In this document: positions 56,933 through 64,000 of the stretch, in pieces
Layout: each line of letters begins with the position of its first letter
Numbering within the stretch: the first letter of the stretch is position 1
NCBI GenBank assembly: GCA_026986775.1
Contig: JALSNX010000030.1
Location: 79,483 to 143,482 of the forward strand
Direction of reading: 5' to 3'
DNA length: 64,000 nucleotides
DNA from: a candidate division WOR-3 bacterium
GTDB lineage: Bacteria > Hydrothermota > Hydrothermia > UBA1063 > CAJXJZ01
Made by a program: the position numbers and the translations under genes
The notes under the pieces: generated by a model
The model's database searches: none
What the model saw: only the letters and a program-made list of their open reading frames with translations
Told to the model about the DNA's origin: nothing

Positions 56933-57234
56933 AGAAAAGATAGTATCCATTTTTGTATTTATCAGCACACTTTTAGTGCTGTGGTTAAGAACCAGAAATC
57001 TTAATGCTGTCTGGCTTTTTGGAGTAGCAGGCAGAAATTATTTTGTTTATTATTATATGGTTTTCGGATATAATTGCAGAGTATCTTGGTCCTCTTTTAG
57101 GTTTGTGGGCCATTTTTGCAAGGGATTTTCCTTCAAACAATGTGCATGGTAATTCTCTTGCTCTTAAGTTGATAGGATGGATTCTAATTATATCCGTTTT
57201 TCTTTTGAGTTTTTGTGTAAGAGTTAATGCTTAG
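56925..57234 (+). pseudogene. Small membrane protein gene split by a frameshift near 57027-57034
   Basis: Two overlapping hydrophobic ORFs (56925.. and ..57234) join in frame if one GCAG of GCAGGCAG (or 1 nt) is removed. Confidence 0.55.
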
Positions 57235-57237
57235 GTC

Positions 57238-58299
57238 ATGGATGATAAAATACCGGAAATAGAGGATACAAGAAGAGATATAAAAGAGTGGATTATGGCA
57301 GCAATCACGCTGCAGGATATCACGGTAAAGATGCATCGTTCTACTGACATGTATGAAGCCATGGATTTTATCATTGAAGCCACCATAAGATTACTGAAAG
57401 TTGAGTATGCCAGCATAATTCTTGTGTACCTGAAAAACAGAAAGTTTTTAAAGAGTGCAACAAATGACCCCACAAGAGAAAAACACAGCACATGGCAGTA
57501 TTTAAGACCCAATGGTCTTACTTTCCATGTGGCGAGTACGCGAGAAATAGTTATTGTTTATGATGTTGATACACATCCACTTACTACAAATCCAATGCTT
57601 AAAGATTTAAATATCAAATCTTTGCTTGCAGTTCCTGTAGTATCTGGTGATGAGGTACTTGGGGTTTTCTATGCTCTCACCACCCGAAAACGCAGGTTTG
57701 ATAAATTTGACCTTCATCTTGCCCGCAACCTTGCTGCCCATGCCGCGACTGCAATTCAGAATATAAGATTCAAAAATGAACTTCTGAGGATAGCAAGGGA
57801 GGACCCGTTAACAGGTCTTTTAAATCGCAGAGCTTTTATGGAGCGACTTGAAAACGAGTTTCACAGGTTTAAAAGATACAAAGAGGAGTTTGCTCTTGCT
57901 GTGATAGACCTGGACAACCTGAAAAAAGTTAATGATACGCTGGGGCATCATATGGGAGACCATTACATAAAGTCTTTTGCCAGGGTTCTTAACAAGACCC
58001 TAAGAAAGTCTGATGTTTCGGCTCGTATTGGAGGTGATGAGTTTTCCGTAATCATTATAAAACCTGACACAGACTCATTACATAAGGTCTTTGGCCGCAT
58101 TCAGGGTTTATGGGAAAAAGAGGCGGGAATAATAAACATAACACCTACATTCAGTGCAGGCATTTACCTTGTAAGCAGTGCAAATAATATTTCTCATGTA
58201 CAGGAACTCTTTAAACTTGCGGATAGGGAACTCTACAATTCCAAAAAACATGGTAAAGCATCGGTTTCCATTATGGGAAATATCATAAAAATTGTATAA
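57238..58299 (+). CDS. GAF-GGDEF diguanylate cyclase
   Basis: GAF; DPLTGLLNRR, D.D.LK.VND.LGH..GD, RKSD I-site, RIGGDEF, AD..LY.SK..GK. Confidence 0.93.
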   Translation: MDDKIPEIEDTRRDIKEWIMAAITLQDITVKMHRSTDMYEAMDFIIEATIRLLKVEYASIILVYLKNRKFLKSATNDPTREKHSTWQYLRPNGLTFHVASTREIVIVYDVDTHPLTTNPMLKDLNIKSLLAVPVVSGDEVLGVFYALTTRKRRFDKFDLHLARNLAAHAATAIQNIRFKNELLRIAREDPLTGLLNRRAFMERLENEFHRFKRYKEEFALAVIDLDNLKKVNDTLGHHMGDHYIKSFARVLNKTLRKSDVSARIGGDEFSVIIIKPDTDSLHKVFGRIQGLWEKEAGIINITPTFSAGIYLVSSANNISHVQELFKLADRELYNSKKHGKASVSIMGNIIKIV

Positions 58300-58376
58300 A
58301 ATTCGTGTGATTCTGATTTTTGAGCATACACGCATAATACCATATAATTTTTTCCATAAAAAGGAGACCTTGATAT

Positions 58377-59693
58377 ATGGGAAAATTCACCTTTAAAGGG
58401 GGTGTGCATCCAGAGTATAACAAGATAACCAGTGATGTTCCCATAGAGAGCCTCCCTCTTCCCAAAGAATTGTACGTGCCGGTATTGCAGCATCTTGGGA
58501 GACCGGCAAAAGTAGTTGTAAAGAGGGGAGAGGCTGTAAAGAGGGGACAGATAATCGCGGAGGCAGACGGTTTTATCTCGGCAAATATACATTCTCCCAC
58601 CTCAGGAAAGGTTAAAAAAATATGGCCCGTACTTCACCCAGTCACTGGTATTAACGTGGATGCTATTGTCATAGAGCCCGATGGAGAGGATGAATGGGTT
58701 GAAGGAGTAGAGGAGGATAAAAATTACAGGGATATATCTCCCAAGGATATAGTAGAAAGAGTTAAGAATGCTGGAATAGTTGGACTTGGAGGTGCCACAT
58801 TTCCCACGCATGTTAAACTGTCCCCACCTCCTGATAAGCCCATTGATACAGTCATAATAAATGGTGCTGAGTGTGAACCATACCTTACTGCTGATGATAG
58901 AATAATGCAGGAGCGGGCACATGATATAGTAGAAGGTGCTTTTCTTATAAAGAAGGCACTTTCCGCAAAGAAGGTAATTATTGCTATAGAAGATAACAAA
59001 CCCAAGGCCATATCAAAGGTAGAAGAGGCGATAAAAGGAGAAAACTGGATAGATATTGCTGTTACAGAAACTAAGTACCCGGAAGGCGGTGAAAAACAGC
59101 TAATCTGGGCGATTTTAAAGAGAGAAGTTCCCTCTGGTGGGCTTCCCATGGACGTAGGTGCTCTTGTTCAGAACGTTGGTACCACAGTGGCTATTTATGA
59201 GGCAGTAAGATACAGAAAGCCTCTGACAGAGAGGGTCCTGACCCTTTCAGGAGACCTGCCCAAAAAGAAGGGAAATTATCTTGTAAGACTGGGAACTCTT
59301 TTTAAAGACGTGTTAGAACTTGCCGGTGGGCTTAAAAAAGACCAATACAGGGTAATTATGGGTGGGCCCATGATGGGTATTGCACAGCATTCGCTTGAGG
59401 TTCCCGTTATTAAAGGCACAAGTGGAATTCTCGTTTTTTCAAAGGAAAATACCCATTATCAGGAGCCTTATCCATGTATAAGGTGTGCGAGATGCGTTGA
59501 TGTGTGTCCGATGAACCTCATGCCACTTTATTTTGTGGACCTTATCAAGGCAAAGAGATTTGAGGATGCAAAGAAGATAGGGCTTTTAGATTGTATTGAG
59601 TGTGGTTCCTGTGCTTATATATGTCCTTCTCACATAAGACATGTTCAACTCATTAAGTATGGCAAACAGGAACTCAGGAGGCTTAAAAAATGA
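58377..59693 (+). CDS. rnfC: Rnf electron transport complex subunit C
   Basis: FKGGVHP, AGIVGLGGATFPT, NGAECEPY, GGPMMG, CIRCARC..CP, CIECGSC..CP. Confidence 0.96.
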   Translation: MGKFTFKGGVHPEYNKITSDVPIESLPLPKELYVPVLQHLGRPAKVVVKRGEAVKRGQIIAEADGFISANIHSPTSGKVKKIWPVLHPVTGINVDAIVIEPDGEDEWVEGVEEDKNYRDISPKDIVERVKNAGIVGLGGATFPTHVKLSPPPDKPIDTVIINGAECEPYLTADDRIMQERAHDIVEGAFLIKKALSAKKVIIAIEDNKPKAISKVEEAIKGENWIDIAVTETKYPEGGEKQLIWAILKREVPSGGLPMDVGALVQNVGTTVAIYEAVRYRKPLTERVLTLSGDLPKKKGNYLVRLGTLFKDVLELAGGLKKDQYRVIMGGPMMGIAQHSLEVPVIKGTSGILVFSKENTHYQEPYPCIRCARCVDVCPMNLMPLYFVDLIKAKRFEDAKKIGLLDCIECGSCAYICPSHIRHVQLIKYGKQELRRLKK

Positions 59694-60655
59694 GTGAAAA
59701 ACTACTTGTCGTTTCAAGCTCTCCCCATGTGTTCACAAGGGAGGATTCAAAAAAGATAATGTGGAATACAGTCCTATCATTGCTTCCTCCGACAATAGGG
59801 GCAGTTTATTTCTTTGGACTGAGAGCACTGCTTGTTATCCTTGTTTCTGTTATAAGTGCTGTTATCTCTGAGGCAATATGGCTTTATGTGAGGAAAATGC
59901 CCCTTTCAATGTCCCTTGATGGCAGTCAGGTAATAACAGGTATTCTCCTTGCTCTTACTCTTCCGCCATCAATACCTTTATGGATGGCCGCTTTAGGTTC
60001 TGTCTTTGGAATAATCTTTGGAAAGCAGGTTTTTGGAGGTATAGGACAAAACATCTTTAATCCCGCTCTTATTGGAAGGGCATTTCTCATGGCTGCTTTT
60101 CCGGTGGAACTCACGACATGGGTGGCACCAAATCCCGGTCTGCATTCAGGATTTGACACGGTTACAACTGCCACTCCCCTTGCACTTATGAAGTTTTCTC
60201 ATAAGATGACCTCATACAAGGCTCTGTTCTGGGGTAATGTCGGAGGGTCTCTCGGTGAGACTTCTGTATTCCTTATACTTATAGGCTTTGTGTTCCTCGT
60301 TATTAAAAAGTACATTGACTGGAAGGAGACATTTTCATATGTGGCTACAGTATTCGTACTTGGAGGTATTTTCTGGCTTATCAATCCTTCAAAGTATCCA
60401 GATCCCATTTTCCACGTTCTTTCGGGAGGCCTGATGCTTGGTGCAGTATATATGATAACAGATATGGTAACAAGTCCGGTTACTTCAAAGGGAAGGATAA
60501 TTTATGGAATAGGCGCAGGTATTCTCGTTATTCTCATAAGGCTTTTCGGTGGTTTTCCGGAAGGTGTTATGTATTCAATACTCCTCATTAATATGACAAG
60601 ACCATGGATTGACAGATTGACTATAAGAAGAAGATTTGGGGAGGTAAGAAAATGA
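59690..60655 (+). CDS. rnfD: Rnf subunit D
   Basis: SSSPH, KQVFGG.GQN.FNPA, TATPL FMN site, GSLGETS, TD.VTSP. Confidence 0.96.
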   Translation: MSEKLLVVSSSPHVFTREDSKKIMWNTVLSLLPPTIGAVYFFGLRALLVILVSVISAVISEAIWLYVRKMPLSMSLDGSQVITGILLALTLPPSIPLWMAALGSVFGIIFGKQVFGGIGQNIFNPALIGRAFLMAAFPVELTTWVAPNPGLHSGFDTVTTATPLALMKFSHKMTSYKALFWGNVGGSLGETSVFLILIGFVFLVIKKYIDWKETFSYVATVFVLGGIFWLINPSKYPDPIFHVLSGGLMLGAVYMITDMVTSPVTSKGRIIYGIGAGILVILIRLFGGFPEGVMYSILLINMTRPWIDRLTIRRRFGEVRK

Positions 60656-61203
60656 AACTGGGCATAAAGATGATACTTGTTTTAACATCCATTGCACTTG
60701 TCAGTGGACTTCTTCTCTCTTACACGTACCAGTCAACGAAAGCTGATATAGAAAGAAATAAAGAGATAGAAAAGGAAAGGGCCATTAAAGTGGTGATTCC
60801 CGGTACTGAGAGATTTGAAGAGAAGGTTATTAATGTGAAGAATTATCTCCTTGTTGCCTATGATAAAGATGATAACCTGATAGGATACGCAATGCTCACA
60901 GAAGGAACAGGATTTCAGGGCCCAATAAAACTCATGGTGGGATTTGATACCACTTTAAGCAAGATAACCGGTATGGAAGTGCTTGAAAATGTTGAAACTC
61001 CTGGACTTGGAAACAGGATTGTTGAAGACTGGTTTAAAAAGCAGTTTAAAGGAAGATTAACTCCCATTGGTTACGTTAAGGGTAAAAAGCCGGAGAATCC
61101 ACATAATATACAGGCAATTTCCGGTGCCACAATATCATCCCGCTCTGTGGTTAAAATAGTCAATGATGCATGGAAACTTGCTAAAAAGGAGATTAAGAAA
61201 TGA
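60652..61203 (+). CDS. rnfG: Rnf subunit G
   Basis: N-terminal TM, GFQG.I, ETPGLG, ISGATISS FMN site. Confidence 0.95.
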   Translation: MKLGIKMILVLTSIALVSGLLLSYTYQSTKADIERNKEIEKERAIKVVIPGTERFEEKVINVKNYLLVAYDKDDNLIGYAMLTEGTGFQGPIKLMVGFDTTLSKITGMEVLENVETPGLGNRIVEDWFKKQFKGRLTPIGYVKGKKPENPHNIQAISGATISSRSVVKIVNDAWKLAKKEIKK

Positions 61204-61808
61204 AGAAGCATTCATTGTTTTACGAGTTTAAAAAGGGACTTGTGGCTGAAAATCCAGTCCTTGTAATGCTTTTGGGATTGTGTTCCACTCTTGCTGTATC
61301 CAATAAGGCAATAAACTCTGTTGCAATGGCACTTGCTGTATTTTTCGTTCTGTTTTTCTCCTCTTTAATAATAGGTATTATCAAGAACCTTATTCCCGAT
61401 CAGGTTCGTATTCCTTCGTTTATTCTGGTTATAGCCACATTTGTTACACTTGCGGACCTCTTCATGAAAGCAAAGTTTCCTGCTATATCAAAGGCCCTTG
61501 GTCCATATATTCCTCTTATAGTGGTAAACTGTATAATACTTGGAAGACAGGAGGCCTTTGTATCCAAAAATTCACTTATTGCCTCCTTAATGGACGCAAT
61601 TGGAATGAGTCTGGGATACTTCTGGGTAATTGTTCTTCTGGGTATTGTTCGTGAGGTTTTAGGCTTTGGGACGATCTTCGGCTATAAAGTTCTGGGTTCG
61701 TGGTTTAAACCATGGCTTGTTATGGTGCTTCCACCCGGTTCCTTTATAACGCTTGGTATTTTTGTAGGTGTTCTGAACTGGCTCAGGGCAAAGGGAGGTA
61801 AAGCATGA
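61200..61808 (+). CDS. rnfE: Rnf subunit E
   Basis: ENP....LGLC..LAVS, VRIP, IPLIVVNCIILGR.EAF, PPG.F. Confidence 0.95.
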   Translation: MKKHSLFYEFKKGLVAENPVLVMLLGLCSTLAVSNKAINSVAMALAVFFVLFFSSLIIGIIKNLIPDQVRIPSFILVIATFVTLADLFMKAKFPAISKALGPYIPLIVVNCIILGRQEAFVSKNSLIASLMDAIGMSLGYFWVIVLLGIVREVLGFGTIFGYKVLGSWFKPWLVMVLPPGSFITLGIFVGVLNWLRAKGGKA

Positions 61809-62389
61809 TACAGAAAGCAATAATCATATTTCTTGCAGCGGCATTGACCAATAACTTTGTTTTAACATACTTCCTTGGGCTCTGCCCATTTGTGGGTGTT
61901 TCTGAGCGCTCATCATCAGCAATAGGAATGGGTTTTGCTTCAACCTTCGTTATGACCATGACCGCAGTAATTGCCTGGATAATGGACTGGCTCGTTTTAA
62001 GACCTCTTCACCTTGAGTTTCTTCAAACTGCTGTTTTTATTCTTGTTATCGCCTCTTTAGTCCAGTTCGTGGAAATGTTTATTAAGAAGACATCAAAGGA
62101 ACTGTACAAGGCACTGGGTATCTATCTACCACTTATTACAACCAACTGTATAGTATTCGGTCTTGCTCTCATAGGCTCAATGAAAAACTATAATCTTCTT
62201 GAAAATATCATGCTGGGATTTGGAGCAGGTATGGGGTTTACTCTTGCACTTGTTCTCATTGCCGGTATAAGAGAGGAACTTGAGTTCAGAAATGTTCCAG
62301 AGCCTCTTAAGGGTGCCGGTATTACTCTTATAGTGGTGGGACTTATGGCGCTTGCCTTTATGGGATTTTCCGGTATGGTGACACTGTAG
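61805..62389 (+). CDS. rnfA: Rnf subunit A
   Basis: NNFVL..FLGLCPF.GVS, LVQFVEM, LGIYLPLITTNC, MALAFMGF. Confidence 0.95.
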   Translation: MIQKAIIIFLAAALTNNFVLTYFLGLCPFVGVSERSSSAIGMGFASTFVMTMTAVIAWIMDWLVLRPLHLEFLQTAVFILVIASLVQFVEMFIKKTSKELYKALGIYLPLITTNCIVFGLALIGSMKNYNLLENIMLGFGAGMGFTLALVLIAGIREELEFRNVPEPLKGAGITLIVVGLMALAFMGFSGMVTL

Positions 62390-62399
62390 GAGGAGAAAA

Positions 62400-63233
62400 A
62401 TGAATACTATTTTACTTTCAGTTATAGTAATGGCAGGCATGGGCATCTTCTTTGCCCTGTTTCTCCTTATATCGTATAAGAAGTTATCTGTTGAAGAGGA
62501 CCCAAGAGTAAAGAGAATTGAAGACATTTTGCCCGGTGCAAACTGTGGTGCATGTGGCTTTCCGGGTTGTGCCGCTTACGCGGAGGCTATTGTTCTTGAA
62601 GGTGCAGAGATAAATAGATGTGCTCCTGGTGGTGCGGATGTGGTTGTGGAAATAGGAAAAATAATGGGAATAGAGGCAGAGGCAAAGGCCACACCGGTTG
62701 CTCATTTAATGTGTCAGGGCTCACCAGAGGTGGCAGTGCAGAGGAGTATATATGTGGGAGAGCCATCGTGCAGGGTGGCAGATTTCACAACAAAGGGAGA
62801 TAAGGCCTGCACTTATGGCTGTCTTGGACTTGGAGATTGTGTTCGTGTCTGTCCTTTCAATGCAATGTACATGGGGGAGGACAACCTGCCCAAGATTATA
62901 GAGGAAAACTGCACAGGTTGTGGTCTCTGTGTTGAGGAGTGTCCAAGAGATATACTTGCTCTTGTCCCAAGAGACCAGAAAACATTTGTTGCATGCGTGA
63001 ACAAGGATAAAGGGGCAATATCCCGTAAAGTATGTAAGGTCTCATGCATTGCCTGTGGTTTGTGCGTAAAGAAGGCTCCAGAAGGTGCCATGACAATGAA
63101 GGATAATCTTGCGGTAATCCTTGATTATAAGCAGGTTGATACAAAGGCTGAAGAGGTGTATGCTGTGTGTCCAACAAAGGCCATAGAACTTAAAGGCAAT
63201 GTCCCTGCTGTGGCGGGAGTGGATAATGGCTGA
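62400..63233 (+). CDS. rnfB: Rnf subunit B
   Basis: LPGANCGACGFPGC, CAPGG, CLGLGDC...CP, CTGCGLC...CP, CIACGLC. Confidence 0.95.
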   Translation: MNTILLSVIVMAGMGIFFALFLLISYKKLSVEEDPRVKRIEDILPGANCGACGFPGCAAYAEAIVLEGAEINRCAPGGADVVVEIGKIMGIEAEAKATPVAHLMCQGSPEVAVQRSIYVGEPSCRVADFTTKGDKACTYGCLGLGDCVRVCPFNAMYMGEDNLPKIIEENCTGCGLCVEECPRDILALVPRDQKTFVACVNKDKGAISRKVCKVSCIACGLCVKKAPEGAMTMKDNLAVILDYKQVDTKAEEVYAVCPTKAIELKGNVPAVAGVDNG

Positions 63234-63621
63234 GACCAGTGGTGTAGTAAAAAAGGTAACAGGTAAGAAGGTTATTGTTGCCACATCAAAAGGGGGCTGC
63301 CATTCATGCCCCCTTTCCAAAGTATGTAGCGTTAACAACATAGATGAAGTTGAAGCCATAAAGGTAGGGGACCTTAAAGTAGGGGATAGAGTGAAACTTC
63401 ACAATTCAGATTCAAAACTCATTGTATTTTCTTTTGTTCTCTTCATCATGCCCTTAATAGTTCTTGTGGCAGTATTTGCATCTTTACCCGAAAAGATGAG
63501 TCAGGGTATAAAAATACTCATAGCACTTTCCGCCACAGCCTTGTATTTTATACTTCTGGGGCTGGTGGAGAAGAAGTTTAAGGATAGATTTATACTTCCT
63601 GTGGCAGAGAAATCTGAGTAA
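63226..63621 (+). CDS. rseC: RseC/MucC family membrane protein
   Basis: M.E.G.V, C.SC....C, A......VGD.V, two C-terminal TMs; ATG 63226 overlaps the rnfB stop. Confidence 0.8.
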   Translation: MAETSGVVKKVTGKKVIVATSKGGCHSCPLSKVCSVNNIDEVEAIKVGDLKVGDRVKLHNSDSKLIVFSFVLFIMPLIVLVAVFASLPEKMSQGIKILIALSATALYFILLGLVEKKFKDRFILPVAEKSE

Positions 63622-63696
63622 GGTTTTCCTCTAAAATGTAAATTTTTGCATATACGCTTCCTGTGATTTATTATAATTACAAAGGTGAGGTATTGT

Positions 63697-64000
63697 TTGA
63701 AAAAGGTTCTTTTTATATGTACCCATAATTCCGCAAGGTCACAGATGGCCGAAGGACTGTTAAATGTCATGGGTTCAGGTAAATACATGGCAAGCAGTGC
63801 AGGAACCACACCATCAAAGGTACATCCTCTTGCAATCTATGTTATGAAAGAGATAGGAATTGATATTTCGCATCACCGTTCAAAAAGCATAGAAGAGTTC
63901 AAAGGAGAAAAATTTGATATTGTTGTGACTGTTTGCGATAATGCAAAAGAGGCCTGTCCTTTTTTTCCTTATGCTAAAAAATATCTTCACAGGTCATTTG
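63697..64000 (+). CDS. arsC: Thioredoxin-coupled arsenate reductase (LMW-PTP family), truncated by the window end; absent from the ORF track
   Basis: TTG start after GAGG; KKVLFICTHNSARSQMAEG, SAGT.P..VHPLA..VM.EIGIDIS..RSK, D.VVTVCD.A.EACP. Confidence 0.9.
   Translation, partial: MKKVLFICTHNSARSQMAEGLLNVMGSGKYMASSAGTTPSKVHPLAIYVMKEIGIDISHHRSKSIEEFKGEKFDIVVTVCDNAKEACPFFPYAKKYLHRSF

Noticed and set aside
461-63809. Numerous 60-250 aa ORFs antisense to or nested in long genes (e.g. 13433-14179, 9457-9915, 58724-59149)
   Set aside because: Shadow frames of well-supported CDSs with no motifs or translation signals

Overview
AT-rich bacterial chromosomal window. The T9SS/FlgD-type C-terminal sorting domains, D-S/T-rich secreted proteins and Rnf suggest an anaerobic FCB-related lineage such as WOR-3 (inference only). 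Contents in order: (1) a minus-strand signalling operon at ~1-9.2 kb (secreted ankyrin, zinc-ribbon/FHA adaptor, membrane FHA-trypsin protease, two Ser/Thr kinases, membrane PP2C), plus an ankyrin-lipoprotein pair; (2) valS-gatA-eIF2B-like genes; (3) three very large secreted beta-propeller/Ig/FG-GAP proteins and a stand-alone sorting-domain-like ORF, followed convergently by a membrane Ser/Thr kinase coupled to an FHA-GAF-sigma54 activator; (4) housekeeping genes (DUF4139, coaE, TPR, holA, tRNA-Glu, radical SAM, ychF-like, folD); (5) another secreted multidomain protein, LEA2, PrsW, a GGDEF protein, rnfCDGEAB-rseC and partial arsC. The main signal outside the ORF track is four sigma54 (-24/-12) promoters in two classes, each class with its own repeated upstream motif (TTTCA-N3-TGAAA pairs; TGTGACA arrays, one with an IHF site). 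This suggests phosphothreonine-to-sigma54 control of surface proteins. Several housekeeping genes look leaderless. No CRISPR array, rRNA or mobile element was seen. All family calls come from motif recognition by eye, not database searches.
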